DNA of 64,000 nucleotides from an uncultured Candidatus Rokubacteria bacterium (GCA_963805625.1 CAWDVE010000010.1:1472001-1536000), one strand, 5' to 3'; counted from the first letter of the stretch, positions 38,443 to 50,401 are shown. A program made the numbers and translations. The notes: generated by a model from the sequence alone, not told the origin.

Positions 38443-38886
38443 ATGATGAGCGCCGACGCGTACGGGCTCCCGGCCACCACGGCCACGGCCGCCGCGCTCG
38501 CCCGCTACGACGACGGAGTGCGCGATCTCCTCGGCTGGGGCCGAGGCGCCCTCGATGCCTTCCGCGAGGCGGCAGCGCTCGACCCCGGCTTGGCGCTGGC
38601 TCATGCGGGCGCGGCCGTCTGCCTGTTCCTCGAGGAGCGTTTCGCTCCGGCGCGGGAGGCGGCGGAGAGCGCGCGCCGCAGCGTCTACCCAGACGGCGAG
38701 GGAGCGGAGTCACGTCGAGACCGTCGCCCTTCTGGTCGGGAACCGACCGGCCCTGGCCGAGCGACAGATGACGGAGCATCTCTCCGGGCCGACGACGCGG
38801 GCCGCGCCACTCGCTTGCTGACCGAGCGCGTCGCGCGCCGGCCCGACCACTACTGGCTCCACCACGGCCGCGCGCCGGCGGCCTGA
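38443..38886 (+). pseudogene. Collapsed TTC38-like TPR gene remnant (frameshift and internal deletion)
   Basis: N-terminus DAYGLP..ALDPGLALAHAG, then TARERSHV in a shifted frame, then a jump to the C-terminal-like LLTERVARRP. Confidence 0.55.
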
Positions 38887-38939
38887 GGTCGATCGCGACC
38901 CTGGCGCCGTAGCCCGACCGCGGGCAAGGCGTAGGTGGG

Positions 38940-39654
<715 letters not shown>

Positions 39655-39662
<8 letters not shown>

Positions 39663-40410
39663 GGCGCCCTCCGCCGAGATAGATCTCCTGCACGCGCCGG
39701 TCGGAGGCGATCTGGGACGGCGTGCCCTCGACGAGGATCTGGCCGCCGACCATCACGATGATGCGGCTCGCGAACTGGAAGACCACGTTCATGTCGTGCT
39801 CGATGAAGAGCACCGTCAGGTCCTGAGACAGACCGGCGACTGCGGCGAACAGTCCGGCGCTCTCGTCCCGAGGGACGCCGGCGGCCGGCTCGTCCAACAG
39901 GAGCACGCGTGGCCGCGTGGCGAGCGCGAGCGCGATCTCGAGAAGCCGCTGTTGCCCGTAGGGCAGCTCGAAGGTCGGCCGATGGCACACGGCGTCGAGC
40001 GCCAGGGAGCAGAGAATGCTGTACGCCTCGTCCATCTCGCCCCGGTAGGTGCCGAGCCCACGCCACCACGTGGTGGCGACCCCGCGCCGCTCGCATACGG
40101 CGAGGGTCGCGGCCTCGAGCGGGCTGAGACGGGGAAACAGGGCGTTTATCTGGAAGGTGCGCGCGAGCCCACGCTTGACGCGCTGGGCTGGTTCGAGCCC
40201 GGACACGTCCTCCTCACCGAGGAGGACGTGTCCGCTGTCGGGCGGAATCATGCCGGTGATCAGGTTGATGAGGGTCGTCTTCCCGGCGCCGTTGGGACCG
40301 ATCAGGGCGTAGCGCGCCCCAGGGGGAAGGGACAGCTCGACGTCCTTGGCCACCACGAGGGATCCGAAGCTCTTGCTGAGCCGTCGCGTCGACAGAGCCG
40401 GGGCGCTCAC
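39655..40410 (-). CDS. livG: LivG-like ABC ATP-binding protein
   Basis: GPNGAGKTT, YGQQRLLE, LDEPAAG, IEHDM. Confidence 0.9.
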
Positions 40411-41483
40411 GAGGTCCTGTCCCGCCGCGACGGGGCGAGCCGCGCGAGGCATCCCACGATACCGCGGCCCCGCGGCCTCGGTGCGGGCCGCCCACCGGAG
40501 CTCGGCCGGGCTCCCGCCAGCCGGGCGAGCCCTCCAAGCACGCCATTGGGCAGCACCATGACGACCAGGACCAGGAGCGCGCCCACCCAGAAGTACCAGT
40601 ACTGGGGATTGAGACCGGAGAACTGGTCGCGCGCGACCAGGAAAATGACGGCGCCCACCAGGCTCCCGTAGAGGCGGCCGGCGCCGCCGAGGATCAGGAT
40701 CACGAGCACCTCCGCCGAGCGCTGGAAGTCCAGCGTCGCGAGGGACACGGTCTCGGTCGTCTGGGCGAGGAGGGCGCCAGCGAGCCCCGCGAGGACCGCG
40801 GCGATGGCGTATGCCTTCCGGATGTGCGAGCGGCTCGGCGCGCCCAGGGCGGGCATCCGGACCGGATTCTCGCGGATCCCGCGCAGCGAGAGCCCGAACG
40901 GGGAGTGAACCAGCCGCCGCACGACGAGGAAGGCGAGGGCGAGGACGACGAGGGAGTAACCGTAGGCGGTGTAGCCGTAGAGGTCGAACCGGAAGCGGCC
41001 GAGGAGCGGCCACATCCGGACTCCCTGGAGGCCGTCGGCGCCGCCCGTCAGCCAGTGCGCCTTGTTCGCGGCCTCGTGGACCAGGAGGCCGAGGCCGAGC
41101 GTGACCATAATGAGCGCCAGGTGCCGGACGCGGGCGACGATGAAGCTCGCGGCGTAGCCGGCCAGGCCGGCCGCCGCCGCCGCGGCCGCGAGCCCCGACA
41201 GCGGCTCGCCCCAGCCGCCCTTGGCCAGGAGCCCGGCGGCGTAGGCGCCCACACCGAAGAAGGCGGCATGGCCGAGCGAGACGATCCCCGCGTAGCCGAG
41301 GAGGAGATCGAGCGACAGCGCGAAGAGCGCGGTGATGGCGATCTGGCTCGCGAGCTGGAGGTGGGACGGGAAGAGGAGGAAGGGAGACAGCGCGGCGAGC
41401 CAGAAGACCGCCTCCAGGCCCCGCCATCGGGCCTGGCTCGCGAGCTCGTGACGCGGGTCCGCGGCCGCCTCGGAGGCGCTCAC
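40407..41483 (-). CDS. livM: LivM-like ABC permease
   Basis: LLLGYAGIVSLGHAAFFG, TGGADGL, SPFGLSLRGIREN. Confidence 0.9.
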   Translation of the reverse strand: MSASEAAADPRHELASQARWRGLEAVFWLAALSPFLLFPSHLQLASQIAITALFALSLDLLLGYAGIVSLGHAAFFGVGAYAAGLLAKGGWGEPLSGLAAAAAAAGLAGYAASFIVARVRHLALIMVTLGLGLLVHEAANKAHWLTGGADGLQGVRMWPLLGRFRFDLYGYTAYGYSLVVLALAFLVVRRLVHSPFGLSLRGIRENPVRMPALGAPSRSHIRKAYAIAAVLAGLAGALLAQTTETVSLATLDFQRSAEVLVILILGGAGRLYGSLVGAVIFLVARDQFSGLNPQYWYFWVGALLVLVVMVLPNGVLGGLARLAGARPSSGGRPAPRPRGRGIVGCLARLAPSRRDRTS

Positions 41484-41484
41484 C

Positions 41485-42348
41485 CTAGCGCCGGCCGAAC
41501 AGGCCGGCCGGGCGCCACATGAGGAGTCCGACCATCACGAGGTAGATGAGGAAGGCGCCGAGCTCGGGCACGTAGTACTTGCCGGCGACGTCGCTCACGC
41601 CCAGGAGGGTCGCCGCGGCGAACGATCCCCCGATGGAACCGAGCCCTCCCACCGACACCACGATGAGGACGTACACGAGGTAGGTGAAGGCGAAGGCGGG
41701 ATCGAGGCCGACCATCTCGATGGCGAGCGCCCCGCCGAGGCCCGCGAGCCCGCTACCCAGGGCGAAGGTGATCGCGAATCGCCGGTCGACGTCGATGCCG
41801 AGCCCGCGCGCCATGCGCTGGTTGTCGACGGCGGCGCGGACCTGCGCGCCGAAGCGCGTGTACTCGAGGGCGAGGACGAGGACGAGTGTGATCGCGAGCG
41901 CCGTCGCGACCAGGAACAGCCGGTACACGCCGAGCCGGAGGCCCAGCCAGGTGACCGCGCCGCGCAGGTAGGGGGGCGTCTCGATCGGCTGCTGGGTCGT
42001 CCCGTAGACGTAGGCCGCCGCCGCCACCGACATGAACACGATGCCGATCGTCAGGAGGCACTGGTCGAGATCGCTCGCGCGGTACAGCCGGCGGTAGAGC
42101 GCGCGCTCGAGAAGGACGCTCGCCGCCGCGGTGGCAGCGAACGCCGCCGGCAGCGCGCCGAGGAACGGCCATCCGAGCGTCTGCGTCAGCGTGATCATGA
42201 CATAGCCGCCGAGCATGGCGAAGCTGCAGTGCGCCAGGTTGACGAAGTTCATCATGCCCAGCGTCACCGACAGGCCCACCGAGAGGAGGAAGAGCAGCAT
42301 CCCGTAGGCGAATCCGTCGAACAGGACGCCCACCACGGGCACGAGCAC
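41485..42348 (-). CDS. livH: LivH-like ABC permease
   Basis: GLSVTLGMMNFVNLAH, VGGLGSIGG, WRPAGLFG. Confidence 0.9.
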   Translation of the reverse strand: MLVPVVGVLFDGFAYGMLLFLLSVGLSVTLGMMNFVNLAHCSFAMLGGYVMITLTQTLGWPFLGALPAAFAATAAASVLLERALYRRLYRASDLDQCLLTIGIVFMSVAAAAYVYGTTQQPIETPPYLRGAVTWLGLRLGVYRLFLVATALAITLVLVLALEYTRFGAQVRAAVDNQRMARGLGIDVDRRFAITFALGSGLAGLGGALAIEMVGLDPAFAFTYLVYVLIVVSVGGLGSIGGSFAAATLLGVSDVAGKYYVPELGAFLIYLVMVGLLMWRPAGLFGRR

Positions 42349-42385
42349 GGCCGGTCTCGCGCCGGCTGTCAGGAGCGGCGGTCGG

Positions 42386-43561
42386 TCATGGCTTCATGCG
42401 GGCCTTCACCGGGTCCTTGACGTTCTCGACCTTGTCGAACTCCACGTTCCGGAGCTGCCCCCCGACCTTCTCCACCCGCCGGATGTAGACGGTCTGGATG
42501 ATGTCGCGCGTCTCGGGGTCGATGGCGACGGGCCCCCGCGGGCTCTCCCACTGCATGCCCTTGGCCGCCGCGACGAGCGCGTCGCCGTCTGTCTTGCCCC
42601 CGGTCTTCTTCAGCGCCTCGTAGATGAGGTGCATGCCGTCGTAGCCTCCGATGCTGTAGATGTTGGGGTTCCGCCCACTGGCCTCGTGGTAGGCCTTCAC
42701 GAACTCCCGATTCAGCGTCGAATCGTGATTGTAGTCGTAGTGATAAACGGTGACGAGCCCGAGCCCGGCGTCGCCCATGCTCCGGAGCGCCTCCTCCTCC
42801 GTCAGCTCCCCCTGCCCCAGGATCCGCGTCTTCCGGGGGTCGATGCCGCGCTCAGCCAGCGTCTTGCCTATCGCGGCCGGCTGCACGCCGCCGGGTACCC
42901 AGATGTAGATCGCCTCCGGGCTCAGGTCCTTGGCGCGCTGGATGAAGGCCGAGAAGTCGGGATTCGCCACCGGGAACCGCACCGATCCGACGATCTCCCC
43001 ACCGGCTTCCTTGAATGCGCGCTGGAACGCGCCCTCCGCGTCGTGGGCCGGGCCGAAGTCGGACACCATCGAGTAGAGCTTGCGGACGCCGCTCCGGAAC
43101 GCCCACGCCCCGAACGACTCGTTCAGCTGCGGGGTGGTGACCGAGGTCCGCACGATGTACGGGGACTTCGTCGTGATGATCGACGTGGCGGCGTTCATCA
43201 CCACCATGAGCTTCTTCGCCTCCGCCGACACGTCACCGGCGGCGAGCGCGTTGGGCGTGAGGACGAAGCCGGCGAGGATGTCCACCTGGTCGCGCACGAT
43301 CAGCTCCTGCGCCAGGCGCTTGGCGACGTCGGGCGCAGCGCCGCCGGTGTCCCGGCGTATGAACTCGAGCTTGCGGCCCGCGACGGTGTCGCCCTTCTGC
43401 TTCACGTAGAGCTTGATGGCGTTGTCCATCTGGGTCGCCGTGTCGGCGAACTGGCCCGAGTACGGCATGATCAGCCCGATCTTGACGGGTGACTGGGCAT
43501 CGGCCGAGGCGACGGCGAGGAGGATGGCGAGGCTGCCTAGTCCAATCACGATCCTTCGCAT
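42386..43561 (-). CDS. Liv-family substrate-binding protein (aromatic-acid-binding type)
   Basis: Sec signal, VKIGLIMPYSGQFA, LTPNALA, MNAATS, ESPRGP..DPETRDIIQ. Confidence 0.87.
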   Translation of the reverse strand: MRRIVIGLGSLAILLAVASADAQSPVKIGLIMPYSGQFADTATQMDNAIKLYVKQKGDTVAGRKLEFIRRDTGGAAPDVAKRLAQELIVRDQVDILAGFVLTPNALAAGDVSAEAKKLMVVMNAATSIITTKSPYIVRTSVTTPQLNESFGAWAFRSGVRKLYSMVSDFGPAHDAEGAFQRAFKEAGGEIVGSVRFPVANPDFSAFIQRAKDLSPEAIYIWVPGGVQPAAIGKTLAERGIDPRKTRILGQGELTEEEALRSMGDAGLGLVTVYHYDYNHDSTLNREFVKAYHEASGRNPNIYSIGGYDGMHLIYEALKKTGGKTDGDALVAAAKGMQWESPRGPVAIDPETRDIIQTVYIRRVEKVGGQLRNVEFDKVENVKDPVKARMKP

Positions 43562-43706
43562 TGGTGCCCTCCCTGGAGGAGAAACGGGCCGCGGTCCCTG
43601 GACCCCGGGGAGCAGCATAGAGCACCTGCCGACCCGTTGGCCACTGGCGGGAGCACGACCATGTCCCCCTCGACGGCGTAGAACGACCGGAGAGTCCCGC
43701 CCTCTG

Positions 43707-46412
43707 TCATGTCGAGCCTCGGACACAGAGGGACGTGATCGCCCCCTCACCCCGGTACGGGAGCCACACCTCCACCCGCACCGCCCGCCCCGGCCGCTCC
43801 CCCAGCGCCAGCTCCGTCGCGCCACCCGAGAACGTGAAGAGCGTCCGCCCCGCCCACGCCCACTCCGCCACGGGGCGAGCGCCGTCCACCGTCCGCCAGG
43901 TGCCGCCGTCGTCGGACAGCCCCACCCCGAGGATCGCCGCGTACCGGGTCGAGACCCGCGGGTGCTCGAGCCGGATCGTGGCGAGGCGTGTGAGCTCCGG
44001 CAGACGTCCCTCGACGACGTAACGCGCGCTGCGGCCGTCGGGCTCGGGCGTCTCGGACGCTACGCGCCAGTCCAGCGGCCGACAGCGGCCCGACGTGACC
44101 AGCGGCCCGGCCAGCTGGAACAGCACCGCGGGCCCGATCGGTTCGGACGTGACGGGCACGCCCGCCGCCTCGAATCGCTCGCGCAGCTCTGTGGCGTCTT
44201 CCGCCGCCACCAGGGCGGCGTCCGTCTCCCGGAGCCGGAGGCGCGCGTAGAGATGGGTCGGCGGGGAGAACCCGTGACTGTTGAGCACGCCGTTGGCCGG
44301 CAGGGTGGCGACCGCCCCCTTCGTCACGAGCGTCACCCGGGCGGACACGACCGGATCGGCCAGGAGCCGCGTCACGCCGCGGGCGCGGATGGCGCGGAGC
44401 AAGGCGTCGACGTCCGGCCCTTCCTGCACGGGCTGATCGACGGCCTCGTAGACAAAGAGCTCCCCCACCATCCCGACGCCGACCGAGCCCGGCTCCGCAG
44501 GGCGGATGCGCAGGTACCGGGCTGATCGGGGCGCCGTCACCAGCTCGAGCCAGCCGTTGCGTGGCCGGAACAACGGGCGCCGCCCGGCGATGAAGATCGG
44601 CTGCGCCACCTCCGCCGGCGTGACGCCCAGGCGGTCCCACGTGATCGCGTCCGGCGAGGCCGCGACCTCAAGCGGCACGATCACGTCGGTCAGCGCCGTG
44701 GGCCAGAGGATGAGGCGCGCCACGGACCGGGGCGCCCCGAGGTCCAGCACGAGCGGGTCCGCCTCCGACTGGGCGAGCCGCTGCGCGGGCCAGACGGTGC
44801 CCAGGTCGCCGTCCGCCGCGGCCGGCGGTGAATCGGGCTGACCGAGGGCCCGCCACTCTGCCCGGGGCAGCAGCCGGTACGCGCGGCCCGGAACGCGGAC
44901 ATCCTCGTAGAGCCGCTCCTCGCCGAACCGCACCACCGACGCGGTCGCGCCGACCGCCTCGAGCTGCTCGGGGATTCGCGCGCCCCGCCGGGATGCGAGG
45001 ATCGCCACGCGCTCCGACGCGTCGGCCGGGATCGCCGACGGGTAGTAGACCTCCGACATGAGCGCCGAGATCCGCGGGCGGCTCAGGAGGAATTGCCAGC
45101 GGAGACTCTCCATGGGGTCGTCCACGAGGAGCGCCTCGGCGGTCCGGGCCTCGAGACGCTGGGCGAGCGCCGCCCGCGCGGCCATCTCGGCGCCGCGCCG
45201 CGCCCGCTCGGCTGGCCGGAGCGGCCACAGGTAGGCGAGGTTCGTCCACAGGTGGAACGCCAGGACGAACGCCAGCACGGTTCCCGCCGCCAGTCGCGAG
45301 CGGCGCGCCAGACGCGTGATCGCCGCCCCAAGGAACAGCAGGAGGGGAATGTACGCCGGCAGGAGGTACCGGCCTCGCGACATCTGCCACAGGAGGTTGA
45401 ACGTGGAGCCGTAGAGCGCCGCGTAAGTGGCGCCGAGCGTCAGCAGCAGGAGCCAGAGGCCCCACGCCCGGCGCGTCGGCGCCCCGCCGCGGAGAGCGCG
45501 GATCGCCTCCACGCCGGCGAGACCGACCGCCGCCGCATACAGGCTCAGGCACAGCCCCAGAGCCAGGAGCCGGGCGGGCGTGTCGGGCTCCCAGTAGTAC
45601 GTACCCACGACGAGCGGCACGGCGTTGGTGAGGAACTCCCACATCCGCGCCCACGAGAGGTCGATGTCGGATTCGAGGAACCGCCGGGCGGAGCCGAGAT
45701 TCCCCTGCCCCGGATCCGGGTGGGTGAGGTAGAAGAGCCAGGCCGGAAGGTTGCCTACCAGGAACCCGGCGCCAAGGAGCCAGCCTCCGCGCCGCAGCGG
45801 CAGGCGCGGGTCGTGGATCAGGAGGACCAGGAGGATCGGGCCCAGCACCACCAGGGTCTTCATGCTCGTCCAGCACGCCAGCCCCGCGATGAATCCCAGG
45901 CCCGCGAGGGCCCGGATGCGAGGGGACCCCGCCGGCGCCGTCAGGGCCACCAGGGCCACCAGCAGGAGAAGCACGCCGAACGTGTTGGTCTCAAAATGCG
46001 GCTCCGCGACCGTGCTGTAGTACGTGAGCAGAAAAGGCGGGATCGCGGCGAGAAGGAGCGTCACCCGGGCTGCCGATTCATCGTAGAGCCGCCGTGCCAG
46101 GACGTAGAGACCGAGCGGAAACAAGAGGGACCAGGCAACCGCGTTCAGCCGTACCAGGAGGACGGAGGGCCCGAACAGGAACAAGGCCGGGACCATGTGG
46201 AAGCCGTTTAGCGATCCCATGAACGACTGCCGGTAGAAGAACGCCGGCAGGTCCTCGCCGCTCAGGATGTGCTTCGCCATCAGGGCCACGGTGGCGTCGT
46301 CGCCGGAGATGTTCTGGTAGAACATCGCCGCGACGCGCACGAGCGCCGCCAGCCCGAGGAGCGCCACGACGACGGGCCAGCGTGACAGGCGCGGCGGCGC
46401 GGGCGTCGCCAC
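43707..46412 (-). CDS. GT-C fold (ArnT/PMT, GT39/83-like) membrane glycosyltransferase with C-terminal discoidin-like domains
   Basis: SGDDATVALMA acidic loop, many TM helices, RYLLPAY; C-terminal ADGDLGTVW..LDLG and SDDGGTW. Confidence 0.72.
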   Translation of the reverse strand: MATPAPPRLSRWPVVVALLGLAALVRVAAMFYQNISGDDATVALMAKHILSGEDLPAFFYRQSFMGSLNGFHMVPALFLFGPSVLLVRLNAVAWSLLFPLGLYVLARRLYDESAARVTLLLAAIPPFLLTYYSTVAEPHFETNTFGVLLLLVALVALTAPAGSPRIRALAGLGFIAGLACWTSMKTLVVLGPILLVLLIHDPRLPLRRGGWLLGAGFLVGNLPAWLFYLTHPDPGQGNLGSARRFLESDIDLSWARMWEFLTNAVPLVVGTYYWEPDTPARLLALGLCLSLYAAAVGLAGVEAIRALRGGAPTRRAWGLWLLLLTLGATYAALYGSTFNLLWQMSRGRYLLPAYIPLLLFLGAAITRLARRSRLAAGTVLAFVLAFHLWTNLAYLWPLRPAERARRGAEMAARAALAQRLEARTAEALLVDDPMESLRWQFLLSRPRISALMSEVYYPSAIPADASERVAILASRRGARIPEQLEAVGATASVVRFGEERLYEDVRVPGRAYRLLPRAEWRALGQPDSPPAAADGDLGTVWPAQRLAQSEADPLVLDLGAPRSVARLILWPTALTDVIVPLEVAASPDAITWDRLGVTPAEVAQPIFIAGRRPLFRPRNGWLELVTAPRSARYLRIRPAEPGSVGVGMVGELFVYEAVDQPVQEGPDVDALLRAIRARGVTRLLADPVVSARVTLVTKGAVATLPANGVLNSHGFSPPTHLYARLRLRETDAALVAAEDATELRERFEAAGVPVTSEPIGPAVLFQLAGPLVTSGRCRPLDWRVASETPEPDGRSARYVVEGRLPELTRLATIRLEHPRVSTRYAAILGVGLSDDGGTWRTVDGARPVAEWAWAGRTLFTFSGGATELALGERPGRAVRVEVWLPYRGEGAITSLCVRGST

Positions 46413-46539
46413 GGGGTCTAGCGCGCCCGTGATGTATGGCTCCTGGCGCTCGAGTCCGAGCTACTCCTCATGGGCATCCTCCGTGACGATCTCAGCGTGG
46501 GCCGCCGACCCGGCCACCGCAAACGATACAACCCTCCGC

Positions 46540-46775
46540 CGGTCACCTCCACGAACAACGATCGCACCTCTTCCGGCTGGATCACCCCGAACGTGTTGGT
46601 CTCGAAGTGCGGCTCCGCCACGTTGCGTAGTACGTCAGCAGGAAGGGCGGGACCGCGGCAAGGAGGGGCGTCGCGCGGGCGGCTCTCGTAGAACGTCGCC
46701 GCAACACGGCGCCAGCCCCAGGACGGCGGCGACGACGAACCAGCGCGAGCGGTGCGGCGGGGCCGGTGCCGCCCT
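46540..46775 (-). pseudogene. Collapsed remnant of a paralogue of the adjacent glycosyltransferase
   Basis: Encodes RVAATFY and VAEPHFETNTFGV, matching RVAAMFY and VAEPHFETNTFGV of the neighbour, with the intervening sequence missing. Confidence 0.7.
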
Positions 46776-46779
46776 GCGT

Positions 46780-49038
46780 CTAGCGCACTCGTGGGGTGTA
46801 GCTCTTGACGGAGACGTACTGGTCGGGCCACGGGAGATCGTAGTCCTGCTCCCGGGCAGCGTGGCGGGTCCAGTAGGGGTCGTAGAGATGGCCGCGGGCG
46901 AGAACGCACAGGTCCGCCCGGCCAGCGGCGAGGATCGAGTTGGCGTCGGCGTGCGTGGACAGGTTCCCGACCGTCATCGTCGGGATCCCCGCCTCGTGGC
47001 GGATCCGGTCGCTGAACGGAGTTTGGTAGAGCCGCCCGTAGACGGGCTTCTGGTGCCGCACCGTCTGGCCCGTGGAGACCGTGACGGCGTCGCAGCCGTG
47101 CGCCCTGAGCCGCGCCGCGATCCGGACCGCGTCGTCGGCGGTCGTGCCGCCCGGGGCCCAGTCCGTGGCCGAGATCTTGACCGAGATGGGCTTGGCCGCC
47201 GGCCAGGCGGCCCGGACCGCGTCGAAGACCTCGAGGGGGTAGCGCATCCGGAGCTCGAGCAGTCCCCCGTAGGCGTCCGTGCGTAGGTTGGTGAGAGGCG
47301 AGATGAAGCTCGCCAGGAGATAGCCATGCGCCATGTGGAGCTCGAGCATGTCGAATCCGGCATCGTCGGCCATCCGGGCGGCTTCTCTGAACTGGTCGCG
47401 GACCAGATCCATGTCTTCGCGGGTCATCTCGCGCGGGACCTGGCTGTGCGGGGAGTACGGAAGAGGCGAGGCGGACACAAGCGGCCAGTTTCCGTCCCGA
47501 AGCGGCTCGTCGATGCCCTCCCACATGCGCCGCGTCGAGCCCTTGCGCCCGGCGTGGGCGAGCTGGAGCGCGATCCGTGCCCCGGTGTGGCGGTGGACGA
47601 AGTCCACGATGCGCCGCCACGCGTCGACGTGCTCCGGCTTGTACATCCCAGTGCACCCCGGGCTGATGCGCCCCTCCCGGCTCACGTCGGTCATCTCGGC
47701 CACGATCAGGGCGGCCCCGCCCGCCGCGCGGCTGCCGAGATGGACGAGGTGCCAGTCGTTCGGCGTTCCGTCCTCGGCCGAGTACTGGCACATCGGCGAC
47801 ACGACGATGCGGTTGGAGAGAACGAGGTCGCGGAGGCGGAACGGCGTGAACATGGGCGGCGGAACCCGCGCCGGCGCCGCCGGGAGGGGCACGCCGCTCT
47901 GCCGCGCGGCGCCCTCCGCGAACCACCGGTCCACCGTCGCGACGAACCGGGGATCCCGGACCTTGAGGTTGTCGTGCGTGACCCGGAGGCTCCGCGTGAG
48001 GAGGCTCATCGCGAACTGGATGGGCTCGAGACGCTGGTACCGCTCGGTCGTCTCGAACCATTCGAGACTCACCTGGGCCGCGCGCTGGAGGCTCTCGACC
48101 TCGGGCCGCCGCTCCGCCTCGTAGGCCGCGAGGGCGGCCGGAACCGCCGGGTGGCGCTGGAGCGCCCGGCTGAGCGCGACGGCGTCCTCCATGGCGAGCT
48201 TCGTCCCGGAGCCCACCGAGAAGTGCGCGGTGTGGGCGGCGTCGCCGACCAGGACGACGTTGTCGTGCGACCAGCGCTCGTTCCGGACAACGGGGAAGTT
48301 CCGCCAGAGCGACCGGTTCTTGAGGATGGGGTGGCCCTTGAGCTCGTCCGCGAACAGCTCCTCCGTGAACGCCACCGTGTCGTCCTCGGACGCCTCGTCG
48401 AGGCCCGCCCGCCGCCAGGTGGCGTCGGTGGTCTCCAGGATAAAGGTGGCGTGCTGCGCGTCGTAGCGGTACGCGTGGACCCGCCAGAGCCCGTGCACGT
48501 CCTCCTTGAAGAGGAAGGTGAAGGCCGGGAACGGACAGGTCGTGCCGAGCCAGACGAAGCGGTTGGGCCGCCACTCGATCCGGCGGCCGAACCGCTCGGC
48601 GTGGCGGGCCCGGATCGCGCTGTTGACCCCGTCCGCGGCGAGGATCACGTCCGCATCCCGGTACGGGGCGAGGTCGCGCACCTCCGTCTGGTACTCGAGC
48701 GTCACGCCGAGGCTCCGGCACCGGCGCTGCAGGATGTCGAGGAGGAGCTGCCGCGACATCCCGGCGAAGCCGTGGCCCGTCGAGGTGACGACGGTGCCGC
48801 GGTAGTGGATGTCGATGTCGTCCCAATGGGCGAAGGCGCGGACGATCTCGTCGTGCGTCTCGCGATCGGCCTGGGCGAAGTGCTCAAGAGTCGCGTCGGA
48901 GAAGACGACGCCGAAGCCGAACGTGTCGTCGGGGCGGTTCCGCTCAACGACGGTGACATCGTGCGCGGGATCGACCTTCTTCATGAGGGCCGCGAAGTAG
49001 AGCCCGGCCGGACCCCCGCCGACGCAGACGATCCTCAA
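46780..49038 (-). CDS. abmA: Bifunctional 2-aminobenzoyl-CoA monooxygenase/reductase (salicylyl-CoA 5-hydroxylase family)
   Basis: [40 protein letters not shown], fused OYE domain ([15 protein letters not shown]). Confidence 0.88.
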   Translation of the reverse strand: MRIVCVGGGPAGLYFAALMKKVDPAHDVTVVERNRPDDTFGFGVVFSDATLEHFAQADRETHDEIVRAFAHWDDIDIHYRGTVVTSTGHGFAGMSRQLLLDILQRRCRSLGVTLEYQTEVRDLAPYRDADVILAADGVNSAIRARHAERFGRRIEWRPNRFVWLGTTCPFPAFTFLFKEDVHGLWRVHAYRYDAQHATFILETTDATWRRAGLDEASEDDTVAFTEELFADELKGHPILKNRSLWRNFPVVRNERWSHDNVVLVGDAAHTAHFSVGSGTKLAMEDAVALSRALQRHPAVPAALAAYEAERRPEVESLQRAAQVSLEWFETTERYQRLEPIQFAMSLLTRSLRVTHDNLKVRDPRFVATVDRWFAEGAARQSGVPLPAAPARVPPPMFTPFRLRDLVLSNRIVVSPMCQYSAEDGTPNDWHLVHLGSRAAGGAALIVAEMTDVSREGRISPGCTGMYKPEHVDAWRRIVDFVHRHTGARIALQLAHAGRKGSTRRMWEGIDEPLRDGNWPLVSASPLPYSPHSQVPREMTREDMDLVRDQFREAARMADDAGFDMLELHMAHGYLLASFISPLTNLRTDAYGGLLELRMRYPLEVFDAVRAAWPAAKPISVKISATDWAPGGTTADDAVRIAARLRAHGCDAVTVSTGQTVRHQKPVYGRLYQTPFSDRIRHEAGIPTMTVGNLSTHADANSILAAGRADLCVLARGHLYDPYWTRHAAREQDYDLPWPDQYVSVKSYTPRVR

Positions 49039-49220
49039 CCGCGCGCCTCCTTCGATCCTGGCGCCCCTGGCGACCCCGGTCCCGACGCGAGCCGGGGACG
49101 ACGTCGGCGGTAGTGTATCACCGCGCGTCGCGCCGGCCGGAGCTCGCGCCGCGGCGGCACGCGTCCGCGTGCACGCGTCCGCGTTGACCCGCCTTCGGAG
49201 CGGCGTCTATACTGCGCGCC

Positions 49221-49997
49221 GTGAAGCTACCGGACCGCGTCGCCCTCGTGACCGGCGGCGGCCGGGGCATCGGGCGGGCGATCGCGCTCGCGTTCGCCCG
49301 CGAGGGCGCCCACGTCGCCGTCACCGCGCGCACGGGCGCGGAGCTCGACTCCGTCGCCGCGGAGATCCGGGCGCTCGGCAGGAAGGCGCTCGCCGTGCCC
49401 TGCGACGTCGGCGAGCGGGCCCAGGTCGACGACGCCGTGCGGCGTGTCGCGGAAGGCCTCGGCCCGGTCCAGATCCTGGTCAACAACGCGGGCATCGCCG
49501 TCTCCGCGAAGCTCCTCGACACGGACGACGCGCTCTGGGAGCGTCACCTCCGCGTGAACCTGACGGGCGCGTTCCTGATGACCCGCGCGGTCCTGCCCGG
49601 CATGCTGGCGGCGCGGTGGGGCCGCATCATCAACATTGCTTCGATCGCGGGCCGCCAAGGGTACCCGCTCATCGCCGCCTACGCGGCTTCAAAGCACGGC
49701 CTGCTCGGGCTGACCCGCGCCCTCGCTCAGGAGGTCGTGACAGCGGGCGTGACGGTGAACGCCATCTGCCCGGGCTACGTGGCGACCGAAATGACGTGGG
49801 CCGGCGCCCGGAACATCCAGAAGCGCACCGGGCGCGCGTACGAGGAAGCGATTCAGGCGCTCGCGGCCTTCTCTCCGCAGAGGCGCCTGATAGAGCCCGA
49901 GGAGGTGGCAGCGGTGGCCGTGCTGCTCGCCAGCGACGAGGCGCGCGGGGTGACCGCCCAGGCCTGGAACGTCGACGGCGGCGCCGTCCAGGCCTGA
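49221..49997 (+). CDS. Short-chain dehydrogenase/reductase (3-hydroxyacyl-CoA dehydrogenase-like)
   Basis: TGGGRGIG, NNAG, YAASK, NAICPGYV. Confidence 0.92.
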   Translation: MKLPDRVALVTGGGRGIGRAIALAFAREGAHVAVTARTGAELDSVAAEIRALGRKALAVPCDVGERAQVDDAVRRVAEGLGPVQILVNNAGIAVSAKLLDTDDALWERHLRVNLTGAFLMTRAVLPGMLAARWGRIINIASIAGRQGYPLIAAYAASKHGLLGLTRALAQEVVTAGVTVNAICPGYVATEMTWAGARNIQKRTGRAYEEAIQALAAFSPQRRLIEPEEVAAVAVLLASDEARGVTAQAWNVDGGAVQA

Positions 49998-50002
49998 GAC
50001 CG

Positions 50003-50314
50003 ATGGGCCTCTACCACGGGTTCGACTACCGGATCGAGGAAGGCGTCGGGACGGTGACATTCGCCCGTCCCGACACGCTGAACTCCCTCACGTTCGAGGT
50101 CTACGCGGAGCTCGGGCGGCTGGCGCTCGAGTGCCAGACCGACGAGCCCGTCCGCGTCCTCGTCCTCACCGGCACCGGCAAGGGCTTCTGCTCGGGCGGC
50201 GACGTGCGCGAGATCATCGGCGAGCTCTTCAAGCGCGACGTCAAGGGCATGCTCCAGTTACGCGCATGACGGGCCTTCACGGAGAAGCGCCCGCCCCGCT
50301 TCACCGGCCGCTGA
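50003..50314 (+). pseudogene. Enoyl-CoA hydratase pseudogene with a 1-bp loss and a large internal deletion
   Basis: N-terminus RPDTLNSLTFE..FCSGGDV..TRMTG is joined directly to the family C-terminus AFTEKRPPRFTGR*. Confidence 0.8.
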
Positions 50315-50390
50315 CGGGGTCAGACTTTGACTTCTATACAGGCCGCGCCACCCCGCTGGTGAATTCTTTGAGGGTCAAAGTCTGACCCCG
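50315..50390. repeat. 76-bp element with 17-bp perfect terminal inverted repeats (REP/MITE-like)
   Basis: CGGGGTCAGACTTTGAC ... GTCAAAGTCTGACCCCG. Confidence 0.8.
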
Positions 50391-50401
50391 AGGAGGGACT
50401 C

